Shown in pieces: positions 47,022-56,789 of a stretch of DNA of 64,000 nucleotides; the first letter of the stretch is position 1; the number at the start of each line of letters is the position of its first letter. The translations under genes and the position numbers were made by a program. The notes under the pieces are model-generated. The model had not been told where the DNA came from. It did not search any database and was given only the letters and a program-made list of their open reading frames with translations. The stretch is from positions 125,347 through 189,346 of the forward strand of contig CAWEMJ010000007.1 of assembly GCA_963810185.1 (NCBI GenBank), in the 5' to 3' direction. The stretch is from an uncultured Gemmatimonadales bacterium (GTDB lineage: Bacteria > Gemmatimonadota > Gemmatimonadetes > Gemmatimonadales > GWC2-71-9).

Positions 47022-48716
47022 ATGACCCTCCAGGACCAGCGGAAGGTGTACGACGTCTGCATCGTGGGCTCCGGCGCCGGCGGCGGCATGGCGGCCTACA
47101 TGCTCACCCAGGCCGGGGCGAACGTCGTCCTGCTCGAGGCCGGGGGCCCGTGGGACAACGCCACCGACTCCGCCATGCTCACCTGGCCGTTCAACTCGCC
47201 GAAGCGCGGCGCGGGCACCAAGGAACGCCCCTTCGGCGAGTTCGACGCCTGCATCGGCGGATGGGACCTCCCCGGCGAGCCGTTCACGGTCGCACCGGGC
47301 TCCAAGTTCGGCTGGTGGCGGGCCCGCATGGTGGGCGGCCGCACCAATCACTGGGGCCGTATTTCGCTCCGGTTCGGGCCCGACGACTTCCGCCGGAGGA
47401 GCCTCGACGGTCTGGGCGACGACTGGCCAATCAGCTACGACGACTTGGCGCCTTACTATGACCGGGTGGATGACCTCATCGGCATCTTCGGCAGCGCCGA
47501 GGGGCTTCCAAACCATCCCGACGGTCATTTCCTGCCGGCGCCCAAGCCCCGCTGCTACGAGCTGCTGGTCAAGCAGGCCTGCGACAACCTCGATGTGGCC
47601 TGCATCCCGGCGCGGCTGTCCATCCTGACCCAGCCGCTCGGCAACCGGCCAGCCTGCCACTACTGCGGGCAGTGCAACCGCGGCTGCGCGGTCAACGCGA
47701 ACTTCTCCTCCACCAACGTCTTGATCCCGCCAGCCATGGCCACCGGCCGGCTCACCCTGATCACCAACGCGATGGCCCGCGAGGTGACCGTCGGATCGAA
47801 CGGGCTGTGCGACGGGGTGACATACGTCGACAAGTCCACCAACACCGACCGGCATGTCCGGGCCAAGGTGGTCGTCCTCGCGGCCAGCGCCTGCGAATCG
47901 GCTCGGCTCCTCCTCAACTCCAAGAGCCGGAAATTTCCCCACGGCCTGGCCAACTCGAGCGGCGTGGTTGGAAAGTACCTGACCGATACCACCGGGACCG
48001 ACGTGGCGGGGTTCATCCCCAAGCTGGAGAACGGCATTCCGCACAACGAGGACGGCGTGGGGGGCGGGCACCTCTACAGTCCGTGGTGGCTCGACAACAA
48101 GAAGCTCGATTTTCCGCGCGGATACCACATCGAAATCTGGGGCGGACGGGGCCAGCCGTCGTACGGCTTCATGGGCGGCATCGAGAACTACCCGGCCTTC
48201 GGTGGCTATGGAAAGGATCTCAAGGATTCCTACCGCCGGCTCTACGGCACCACCATCGGCTTCAGCGGCCGAGGGGAGATGATCCCCAACGCCGACTCGT
48301 ACTGCGAGATCGACCCCGATACCAAGGACCAGTGGGGCATCCCGGTTCTCCGGTTCAACTGGAAGTGGAGTGACTACGAGTACAAGCAGGTCAAGCACAT
48401 GCAGGAGACCTTCCGCGCGCTGATCGCCGAGATGGGCGGCGAGGTGTTCAGCCCGATGCCCACGGCCGAGGAGGGCTATGGGATCGCCACGGGGGGCCAG
48501 ATCATCCATGAACTGGGGTGCGTCCGCATGGGGAACGACCCCGGCTCCTCCGCGGTCAACGCCAACTGCCAGGCCCACGACGTGAAGAACCTCTTCGTGG
48601 CGGATGGCGGGCCGTTCGTGTCGCAGGCCGACAAGAACCCGACCTGGACCATCCTCGCGCTCTCGATGCGCACCTCCGAGTACATCACGGCCCAGCGCCG
48701 ACAGGGGGCCCTGTGA
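47022..48716 (+). CDS. GMC family oxidoreductase
   Basis: GSGAGGG, GGRTNHWGR, CHYCGQCNRGC, IIHELG..RMG, KNPTWTILA. Confidence 0.92.
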   Translation: MTLQDQRKVYDVCIVGSGAGGGMAAYMLTQAGANVVLLEAGGPWDNATDSAMLTWPFNSPKRGAGTKERPFGEFDACIGGWDLPGEPFTVAPGSKFGWWRARMVGGRTNHWGRISLRFGPDDFRRRSLDGLGDDWPISYDDLAPYYDRVDDLIGIFGSAEGLPNHPDGHFLPAPKPRCYELLVKQACDNLDVACIPARLSILTQPLGNRPACHYCGQCNRGCAVNANFSSTNVLIPPAMATGRLTLITNAMAREVTVGSNGLCDGVTYVDKSTNTDRHVRAKVVVLAASACESARLLLNSKSRKFPHGLANSSGVVGKYLTDTTGTDVAGFIPKLENGIPHNEDGVGGGHLYSPWWLDNKKLDFPRGYHIEIWGGRGQPSYGFMGGIENYPAFGGYGKDLKDSYRRLYGTTIGFSGRGEMIPNADSYCEIDPDTKDQWGIPVLRFNWKWSDYEYKQVKHMQETFRALIAEMGGEVFSPMPTAEEGYGIATGGQIIHELGCVRMGNDPGSSAVNANCQAHDVKNLFVADGGPFVSQADKNPTWTILALSMRTSEYITAQRRQGAL

Positions 48717-49288
48717 CCGACTTCTCACGGCGCGAGATGCTCGGCCTCCTCGGCGTGGCGCTGGCCGCCGGTGCCGCCGGCTGCCGGCCCGAGACGATCC
48801 GCAAGGCCGCGCAGCGCGCCACCCCGTACACCCCCACCTTCTTCACCGAGGGTGAGTATGCCACCGTCACGGTGTTGGCCGACCTCACCCTGCCGGCGGA
48901 CAAGCGCGGGCCGAGCGCGAGCGAGGCCGGCGTGCCGGAGTTCATGGACTTCGTCATGACGGAGGAGATGGACAACCGCGAGCGGATGCGGACCGGCCTG
49001 GCCTGGCTCGACGCCGAGTCGACCACCCGATTCGGGAAACAGTTCGTGACGGCGTCGGTGCGACAGCAGAAGAAGATCCTCGACGACATCGCCTGGCCGA
49101 AGCGGGCCAAGCCGGAATTTGCGGAAGCGGCGACGTTCTTCAACGAGTTCCGGAACCTGACCGCCACCGGCTACTGGTCGAGCAAGGTCGGCGTCGAGGA
49201 CCTCCAGTACATCGGCAACACGGTGGTGCCCGAGTGGACGGGCTGTCCCGAGCCCCAGCTCAAGAAGCTGGGCGTCAGCTACACCTGA
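48713..49288 (+). CDS. Gluconate 2-dehydrogenase subunit 3 family (Tat)
   Basis: SRREML, SASEAGVPEFMD, LTATGYWSS..G..DLQYIGN. Confidence 0.87.
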   Translation: MTDFSRREMLGLLGVALAAGAAGCRPETIRKAAQRATPYTPTFFTEGEYATVTVLADLTLPADKRGPSASEAGVPEFMDFVMTEEMDNRERMRTGLAWLDAESTTRFGKQFVTASVRQQKKILDDIAWPKRAKPEFAEAATFFNEFRNLTATGYWSSKVGVEDLQYIGNTVVPEWTGCPEPQLKKLGVSYT

Positions 49289-49299
49289 ACGGAGCTTTC

Positions 49300-50540
49300 A
49301 TGGCCAAGCGTCGTCTCGGCGTCGGATTCATCGGCAGCGGATTCAACACCCGATTCCACATGCAGGCCTGGCAAGGGGTACGCGACGCCGACGTCCTCGG
49401 CGTCTGGAGCCCCAACCGGAAGAACGCCGCGGACGCCGCGGCGCTGGCCCGCAGGCTCGACGTCGGCGCCGCCAAGGCCTACGGCTCCATCACCGACATG
49501 GTGGCCGACCCCGCCATCGACGCCATCTGGCTCTGCGGACCGAACCACGCCCGCCTCGAGAACGTCGAGGAACTCACCGACGCCGTCCTCCGCGGCAAGG
49601 GTGAACTCATCGGGCTCGCCTGCGAGAAGCCGCTCGGCCGCACCGTGAAGGAGGCGAAGCAGGTCGCCGCCATGACGAAGAAGGCGGGCCTCCAGCACGG
49701 CTACCTCGAGAATCAGCTCTTCAGCCCGCAGGTGGAGCATGGTCGGCAACTGCTCTGGGCCCGCGGCGCCGCTACCACCGGCCGGCCCTACCTGGCGCGC
49801 GCGGCGGAGGAGCACAGCGGCCCGCACATGCCCTGGTTCTGGCAGGGCAAGCTGCAGGGCGGCGGCGTCCTCAACGACATGATGTGCCACTCGGTGGAAG
49901 TGGTGCGCCATCTGCTCACCAAGCCGGGCGCGCCGCGCTCCTCCGTGCGCCCGGTGGCCGTCACCGGTCGCATCGCCAGCCTCAAGTGGTCCCGGCCGGA
50001 ATACGTGCGCCGGCTCAAGAAGACCATGGGTCCTCGGTGGACTACGCGCGGCATCCCGCCGAGGACTTCGCGAGCGTGACCATCGAGTTCGAAACCGACA
50101 CCGGACACACCGTCATCGGCGAGGCCACCACATCGTGGAGTTTTGTCGGCGCCGGGCTTCGGCTCTCGGCCGAATTGCTCGGTCCGGAGTATTCCATGAC
50201 CTGGAACACCCTCGACAGCGGGCTCAAGCTCTTCTTCAGTCGGGAAGTGAAGGGGCGGGAGGGGGAGGACCTGGTCGAGAAGCAGAACGCGGAGCAGGGC
50301 CAGATGCCGGTGGTGGCCAACGAGCCGATGGCCTATGGCTACGAGGCCGAGGACCGCCACTTCGTGCGCGTCTTCCTCGGCCTGGAGAAACCGAAACTCA
50401 CCTTCGATGACGGCGTCGAGGTAGTGCGGACGCTGATGGCGGCCTACATGAGCGCCGAATCAGGGAAGACCGTCAAGTTTCCGCCGCGCGGGCTGGAGGC
50501 ATTCGTGCCGAAGGTGGCCAAAGGGACCTGGAAGCCGTAA
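49300..50540 (+). CDS. Gfo/Idh/MocA oxidoreductase (indel near 50030)
   Basis: GFIGSGF, CEKPL, GGGVLNDMMCH; the C-terminus continues in the 49884-50540 frame. Confidence 0.88.
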
Positions 50541-50553
50541 CGCCATCCTTCCG

Positions 50554-50614
50554 CCGTCACCCCCGCGAACGCGGGGGTCCAGTCACTGGATTCCCGCTTT
50601 CGCGGGAATGACGG
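50554..50614. repeat. REP family C doublet (GTCACCCCCGCGAACGCGGGGGTCC / GGATTCCCGCTTTCGCGGGAATGAC)
   Basis: Inverted pair between convergent genes; may also act as a bidirectional terminator. Confidence 0.8.
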
Positions 50615-50624
50615 CTCTCCCGAA

Positions 50625-51965
50625 TTACAACGTCCATCCCTTCCGATACTCCGGCGTCACCCATCGCTCCGGCAGCGTCATGTTGGTGACGGCGCCCGTC
50701 GTGGAATTGAGTTCGAGTGTTTGCCCCGCCCGGATGGCCAGCACGCCCAGCAGCACCATTTCCGTCAGGTTGCCGGCGTGGCCGTCGAAGTTCGACAGCG
50801 CGGCAGGCCCACCCTTGCAGGCCGTAATCCACTCGTCGTACACCCCCTTCGAGCGCGGGTACACCACGAGCGGCGGATTGGCCCGCACCTCGGCGTCGCG
50901 CTTCGGGTCGAGCAGGACAGGATCCTCCCCATACATCCCGGCAACCACGGCGCCGTCGTCCCCGATCCAGAGCTGCCCGCCGATATCCGCAGGCGGCCAC
51001 GCCATCGTTTCCGGCAATCCCTTCGGCTTCGGCGGACGGAGGTCGCCGTCCCGCCAGACCACCTTCACCGCCGGGCGCTTGCCCTTGGCCGGGAACTGGT
51101 ATTCCACCCGGCTCGACTTGGGCGCGGATTCCAGGTAGAGCTCGGTGGACTCCGGGATGATCCGATCGGGGTAGCCGAGGTCGAGAATCCAGTAGGCGGC
51201 GTCCATGCCGTGGCAGGCCATGTCACCCAGCGCCCCGGTGCCGAAGTCCCACCATCCGCGCCAGCGAAACGGTGCATAGGCCGGGTTGTACGGCCGTTCC
51301 GGCGCCGGGCCGAGCCAGAGGTTCCAGTCCATGGTGAGCGGCGGGGCGTATAACTCGAGTGGCCGGTCCAGCCCCTGCGGCCAGATCGGCCGGTTGGTCC
51401 AGTACTGCACCTCGCGCACGGTGCCGATGACACCGGCCTCGATCCACTCGCGGAGGATGCGTACCCCGTCGCCCGCATGCCCCTGGTTGCCCATCTGGGT
51501 GGCCACCTTGGTCTTGGCGGCCTGCGCCCGGACGGTCCGCACCTCGGTCAGGGTGCGCGCCAGTGGCTTCTGGCAGTACACGTTCTTGTTCAGGCGGAGC
51601 GCCATCATCGTCGCCGCGGCGTGGCTGTGGTCCGGAATGGTGATGGTCACGGCGTCGATGTTCTTCTGCTCCAGGTCGAACATTTCGCGATAGTCGCGGT
51701 ACTTCCTGGCCGCCGGATATTTCCGAAAGGTCTCTTCGGCGCTCTTGAGGTCCACGTCGCAGAGGGCGTAGATGTTCTCTCCAGACACCCCCTTCACGTC
51801 GCTGGCTCCCATGCCGCCCACCCCGATGCAGGCGATGTTGAGCTTGTCACTCGGTGCGGTGTAGCCAGGCCCGCCGAGCACATGCCGGGGCACGATGGTG
51901 AACGCGGTGCTGGCCGCCGCGACAGAGCCCACGAACTCGCGTCGCGAAGTGTCGGTCTTCGTCAT
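50625..51965 (-). CDS. Tat-exported Gfo/Idh/MocA oxidoreductase
   Basis: SRREFV, IGVGGMG, PDHSH, CQKPL, TQMGNQG, WLGPAP, GALGDMACH. Confidence 0.92.
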   Translation of the reverse strand: MTKTDTSRREFVGSVAAASTAFTIVPRHVLGGPGYTAPSDKLNIACIGVGGMGASDVKGVSGENIYALCDVDLKSAEETFRKYPAARKYRDYREMFDLEQKNIDAVTITIPDHSHAAATMMALRLNKNVYCQKPLARTLTEVRTVRAQAAKTKVATQMGNQGHAGDGVRILREWIEAGVIGTVREVQYWTNRPIWPQGLDRPLELYAPPLTMDWNLWLGPAPERPYNPAYAPFRWRGWWDFGTGALGDMACHGMDAAYWILDLGYPDRIIPESTELYLESAPKSSRVEYQFPAKGKRPAVKVVWRDGDLRPPKPKGLPETMAWPPADIGGQLWIGDDGAVVAGMYGEDPVLLDPKRDAEVRANPPLVVYPRSKGVYDEWITACKGGPAALSNFDGHAGNLTEMVLLGVLAIRAGQTLELNSTTGAVTNMTLPERWVTPEYRKGWTL

Positions 51966-51976
51966 GATGGATTCCG

Positions 51977-53209
51977 TCAGGCCGGGGTGGAGGCCCGCGG
52001 AGCGGCGGGCCGGAAGAGAAACGCGAAGATGACGAGGATGACGACCGCACCGACGGCGGGCACCTGCCAGATGCCGTGCCAGTCGTGGCCGCCGTCGGGA
52101 AGCACGAAGTGCTGCACCACGCGGCCGGAGGCCCAGGCGCCGATCAGGTAGCCCACGCCCTGGGTCAGAAAGGCCAGGAATCCCTGCGCCGCGGCCCGGA
52201 TCCGCGGGCCGGCCTGCTCGTCGGTGTAGATCTGGCCCGTCACAAAGAAGAAGTCGTAGCAGATGCCGTGGAGCAGGATGCCGGCGTACAGCATCCAGAC
52301 GGCCGGACCGGTGTTGCCGAAGGAAAAGAGGAAATACCGGACCGCCCAGGCGAGCATGCCGACCAGGAGGATGCGGCGGACGCCCCAGCGCGACAGGAAC
52401 CACGGCAACAGCAGCATGAAGCCGATCTCGGACATCTGGCCGAGTGTCATCTTGCTGGCCGGCTCCGCCATGCCAATCTCGTTGAGGTAGAGATTGGTGA
52501 AGGCGTAGTAGAACTGGAGTGGGATGCAGAGCAGGAACGAGCCGAGGACAAAGGTGGCAAAGGACCGGTCCTTGAGCAGCGCCAGCGCGTCGAGGCCGAG
52601 GATGTCGCGGACGCTGAACGGCTTGCCGGCGGCGTGGGGCGGCGTGTGCGGCAGCAGCAGGCAAAAAAGACCCAACACCACAGACGCGCCGGCGGCCAGC
52701 TGCATTGGCGCGGCGGTGGCCTCCAGCCCCATCCGCCCCACCACCAGCCCCGCCACGATCCACCCGATGGTACCGAGGACACGAATGGCGGGAAATTCCT
52801 TCCCGGGGTCGCGCACATGATCGAAGGCGATGGAGTTGGTCAGCGCCAGCGTCGGCATGTAGCAGAGGCCGTACCCGATGAGCACCAGGTAGAAGGAATT
52901 GAAAGTGGTGAGGGTCGAGGCCCACCAGAGCATGGCGGCGCCGGCCAGGTGCAGCAGCGCCAGGATCCGCTCGGTGGCGAAGAAGCGATCAGCCACCATG
53001 CCCACAAAGAAGGGCGACACGATGGCCGCGATGGCCAGCGCGCCGTAGGCCAACCCGATCTGCTCGCCGCCGAACTGGAGCGTGGTGCCGAGGTAGGTGC
53101 CCATGGTGACGAACCAGGCACCCCAGATGAAGAACTGCAGGAACATCATGATCGACAGCTTCGTCTTTACTGCCCCGCTGCCCCCCTGCCCCGCTGCCCC
53201 CCCGGTCAC
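51977..53209 (-). CDS. MFS nucleoside:H+ symporter family permease (YegT/NupG-like)
   Basis: [39 protein letters not shown]; GTG at 53209 overlaps the upstream stop. Confidence 0.9.
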   Translation of the reverse strand: MTGGAAGQGGSGAVKTKLSIMMFLQFFIWGAWFVTMGTYLGTTLQFGGEQIGLAYGALAIAAIVSPFFVGMVADRFFATERILALLHLAGAAMLWWASTLTTFNSFYLVLIGYGLCYMPTLALTNSIAFDHVRDPGKEFPAIRVLGTIGWIVAGLVVGRMGLEATAAPMQLAAGASVVLGLFCLLLPHTPPHAAGKPFSVRDILGLDALALLKDRSFATFVLGSFLLCIPLQFYYAFTNLYLNEIGMAEPASKMTLGQMSEIGFMLLLPWFLSRWGVRRILLVGMLAWAVRYFLFSFGNTGPAVWMLYAGILLHGICYDFFFVTGQIYTDEQAGPRIRAAAQGFLAFLTQGVGYLIGAWASGRVVQHFVLPDGGHDWHGIWQVPAVGAVVILVIFAFLFRPAAPRASTPA

Positions 53210-53928
53210 GGAGTGACCTTGATCTTGATATCGCGGAACGCCACTCGCCCGCCGTGGCTCTGCAGCGCGATGTGCCCCGTCGCCGCCTTTCCGAAGCCGG
53301 GCCACTTCGAAAACTTGCTCTTGGCCACCCGGTCGTTGAAGTCGGCGCTGCCGAGAACGTACTGTGCCGCCAGCGTGCCGTTGAGCCAGTGCTGGACCTC
53401 GTTGCCATTGATCACGATTCTCGTCGCGTTCCACTGCCCTGCGGGCTTGACCAGCCCCTCTGGCGCGGGATAGAGCGCGTACACCGCGCCGGCCGCCGTG
53501 ATGCGCGTGAGCCCGGGTGGCTGACCGGCGTCGTCCAGGAGCTGGAATTCGGGGCCGGTCCAGTAGGTCTCGTCCTCCGCCTCGGTGACCCGATAGAGGA
53601 TGCCGCTGTTCCCCTTCGGGGCAATCATCCACTCGAGGGTCAGCTCGAAGCCGGCGTACGTCCGGTCGGTGAGGAGATCCACCCCATCACCGACGCAGGT
53701 CAGCGCGCCGTCGATCACCGTCCAATTGGCCGGCACCGAATCCATCCGGAACCCCCGCCAACCCGTCGTCGTGCTGCCATCGAACAGCAGCTGCCATCCC
53801 GCCGAGCGCTCGGCCGGGGTCACCGTGTTATGCGCGGCCAGCTGGGCGGTCAGGGGCACGGGGGCGCTCAAGGTGGTTGCGAGAAGGACGACGGTCAGAA
53901 GCGCTCGGCCGGACGGGGGCAGGGTCAT
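53206..53928 (-). CDS. DUF1080 protein (3-keto-glycoside hydratase/hydrolase family)
   Basis: GWQLLFDG...[34 protein letters not shown]. Confidence 0.92.
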   Translation of the reverse strand: MTLPPSGRALLTVVLLATTLSAPVPLTAQLAAHNTVTPAERSAGWQLLFDGSTTTGWRGFRMDSVPANWTVIDGALTCVGDGVDLLTDRTYAGFELTLEWMIAPKGNSGILYRVTEAEDETYWTGPEFQLLDDAGQPPGLTRITAAGAVYALYPAPEGLVKPAGQWNATRIVINGNEVQHWLNGTLAAQYVLGSADFNDRVAKSKFSKWPGFGKAATGHIALQSHGGRVAFRDIKIKVTP

Positions 53929-54072
53929 CAGGGGCTCGGCAATGGGGGACGGGGCGACGAAACGGCCTTCGATATGTTCGCACCCGCCGGGCGGCTTGGC
54001 AAGCGCCAGGGGCTGGAAAAGCGGCCCCGGGGGGTGCATACTCTCCCCTCCACATTCTCTCCCGGAGTCCGC

Positions 54073-54561
54073 ATGCGCCGCCTCGTTGCCTCCCTGTTGC
54101 TGCTTCCCGCTCTCGCCGCCTGCCAGCCTGCCGCCCCAAAGGTGGATGTGGCGGCGGAAGAGCAGGCCATTCGCGCCCAGGTGGCCGCCTTCAACGCGGC
54201 CATCGTGGCCTACGACACCGCCGCCGTCGCCGGTATCTACGCCCCGGACGCCGTCCTGATGCCGCCGAATCAGGGACGGCAGACCGGCACGGACTATCTC
54301 TGACGCAGATGATCGCCGGTCTGCAGCCCCTCAAGGCGACGTTCGTGCGTCACGCCCGTCGCCATCATGGTGACCGCCTCGGGCGACCTGGCGCTGGAAG
54401 AAGGCACGTGGAAGACCAGCATCCCGATGGCGGACGGCACCGCCTTCGAGGACAACGGCAAGTACCTCGTCGGCTGGAAAAAGACCAACGGCGCCTGGCT
54501 GATCCAGTACGACATCTGGAACAGCGACAACGCGCCGCCGGCACCGGCGGCCGCCAAGTAG
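54073..54561 (+). CDS. DUF4440/SnoaL-like lipoprotein (indels near 54295 and 54350)
   Basis: Lipobox [30 protein letters not shown]...WLI..DIWNSD. Confidence 0.8.
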
Positions 54562-54602
54562 CAGGGTCGGACCTCAGGAGGTGTTCGGGGGGTAGAAGGC
54601 GC

Positions 54603-55071
54603 ATGCCAAATGCCCCCGAACACCGCCTGACCTGCAGCCTGACCATCCCGCTCCCCCGGCCGCAGGTCTTCGAGTTCTTCGCCGATGCCGCCAACCTCGG
54701 GCGGATCACCCCGCCCGAGCTCGGCTTCGAGATTCTCACTCCCCAGCCGATCGCCATGCGCGCAGGTACGCTGATCGACTACCGCATCCGGCTTCACGGC
54801 CTCCCCATGCGCTGGCGCACGGAAATCAGCCGATGGGATCCCCCGTTCTCCTTCGAGGACGTCCAGCTGCGTGGCCCTTACGCGCAGTGGATCCACCGGC
54901 ATAGTTTCACGGAGACGCCGGGCGGCACGCTGCATCGAGGACGAGGTCCGCTACCGCCTGCCCTTCGGCCCGTTGGGCCGGCTGGTGCACCCGCTCGTCC
55001 GGCGCCAGCTCGACCGTATCTTTCGACATCGCACCGATGTCGTCCGCCGACTCCTGCTCGAGGCTGCATGA
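54603..55071 (+). CDS. SRPBCC family protein (indel near 54933)
   Basis: VFEFF..A.NL..ITPP, W...[25 protein letters not shown]. Confidence 0.85.
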
Positions 55072-55826
55072 CACCCTGGGTCGCCCGGCTGCTGTTCCTC
55101 AACGCCGTGATGTATCTCCTGACCCTGGCCGTTCCTCCGCTGGGCGACGCCTTGATGTTTGTGCCGGCGCTGATCCTGAGCCGGCCATGGACCATCGTCA
55201 CCTACATGTTCCTCCACGGCAGCCTCGGCCACATCTTCTTCAACATGCTGGCGCTCTTCTTCTTCGGGCCCCGGCTCGAGGCCCGGCTCGGAAGCCGCCG
55301 CTTCATCGGGCTCTACCTGGCCAGCGGCGTCATGGGCGCGCTGGCCTCCTTCACCAACCCGATGATCGGTGTCATCGGCGCGTCGGGTGCGGTGTACGGC
55401 GTCATGTTCGGCTTTGCGCACTACTGGCCGCGCGAGGTGGTCCACATCTGGGGCGTGCTACCGGTGGAGGTCCGCTGGCTGGTGGTGGGAATGACGGTGC
55501 TGTCGCTGGTCTCGGGCTTCGGCGGCGCGGGCGACGGCGTCGCCCACTTTGCGCACCTTGGGGGATTCCTTGGCGCGTGGATCTATCTCAAGGTGCTGGA
55601 CCGGACCAGCGGCGCCCGGCGCTTCCAGGCGCGGGCCGTGGCCTCGACGCCATCGCTCGCCACGACGTCCTCGGCCGTGGCGCGCTGGTCACATATTCAG
55701 CGGGAGGGGCTGCACCCCGTCAACCTCGAGGAGCTCGACCGGGTCATGGCCAAGCTCCAGCGGGAGGGCGTCGCTCGGTTGACGGACACTGAGAAAGAGT
55801 TCCTGGAGAGGTTCAGTCAGCGGTAG
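55068..55826 (+). CDS. Rhomboid family intramembrane serine protease
   Basis: [26 protein letters not shown]. Confidence 0.93.
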   Translation: MTPWVARLLFLNAVMYLLTLAVPPLGDALMFVPALILSRPWTIVTYMFLHGSLGHIFFNMLALFFFGPRLEARLGSRRFIGLYLASGVMGALASFTNPMIGVIGASGAVYGVMFGFAHYWPREVVHIWGVLPVEVRWLVVGMTVLSLVSGFGGAGDGVAHFAHLGGFLGAWIYLKVLDRTSGARRFQARAVASTPSLATTSSAVARWSHIQREGLHPVNLEELDRVMAKLQREGVARLTDTEKEFLERFSQR

Positions 55827-56003
55827 GCGGGGCAGCGGGGCAGCGGGGCAGCGGGGCAGCCACGAAAAGGGAGCTTTACCCCGGCGAAAGCCGCGAGCTA
55901 CCCCCCCTCCGCATATCGAGCCTTGGCATCCAGCCGATCGACCCTCCACCCCTTCCCTCCCCCATACACTGTCGTGGAGAGCCACTCCTGCTCTGTCTCG
56001 ATC

Positions 56004-56789
56004 TCACTTTCGCGTGAGGGACGTGTACCACGCCTTGGGCTGACTCCCATCCCCATTGCTCCATCGATACCGGCGCTGTTTCAGGACGTCCTTCTTGTCG
56101 AACGGGGCGTTGAGCGCCCACACCTTGTACGACGGCGTGCGCGCCGATTCCAGCAGGAGCTTCATCGGCAAGGTGCCGTCGTCGAACGGTTCCTGCAGGA
56201 GCCGAATGACGGCGTGACAGTCGGCGTCGGCGCGGTGGCCGTCGAAGAAGAGCCCGCAGCGCTTCATCATCAGGAACTCGAGCGCGCCCGAACTGGCGCC
56301 CAGCGCCTTCCACGACACTTCCCGCTGCGAGCAGGCCCAGGCCTTCCCCTTCGAGGCCGGCAGCCGGCGATCGACGAACGGCCGGTCGAATGCGGCGTTG
56401 TGGGCGATGATCAACCCCGCCTCGGCCATCAGTTTCCCTACCGCCGCTTCGTCAATCGACTTGCCAGCCACCATCGCGTCGGTGATGCCCGTGAGTTGAG
56501 ATACCTCGACCGGGATCGGCCGGCCCGGGTCCTCGAGAAAGCTGACCGCCTCCCCCACCGCCAGGATACGGCCGCTGTCTTTTTCGTACTCGAACGGGAC
56601 TCCGCAAAATTCAATGATTCGGTCGCGCGCGGTGTCGAGACCCGTCGTTTCGACGTCGATGACGACGGCACTGGCCGTGGGAGACCCATCGCCGGTGTGG
56701 TATCGCGCCGGTGGCACAAATCGGCGCAGCACCCGGTAATCGGGTGAAGCATCGAGTTGCGCGGCGAGCGCCTGAAGCTTGTCTTTCAT
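56004..56789 (-). CDS. DEDDh 3'-5' exonuclease (DNA Pol III epsilon-like); the true 3' end is probably near 55900, hidden by indels
   Basis: DVETTG, AHNAAFD, HRA..DC, PFDKKDVLKQRRYRW. Confidence 0.88.
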   Translation of the reverse strand: MKDKLQALAAQLDASPDYRVLRRFVPPARYHTGDGSPTASAVVIDVETTGLDTARDRIIEFCGVPFEYEKDSGRILAVGEAVSFLEDPGRPIPVEVSQLTGITDAMVAGKSIDEAAVGKLMAEAGLIIAHNAAFDRPFVDRRLPASKGKAWACSQREVSWKALGASSGALEFLMMKRCGLFFDGHRADADCHAVIRLLQEPFDDGTLPMKLLLESARTPSYKVWALNAPFDKKDVLKQRRYRWSNGDGSQPKAWYTSLTRK

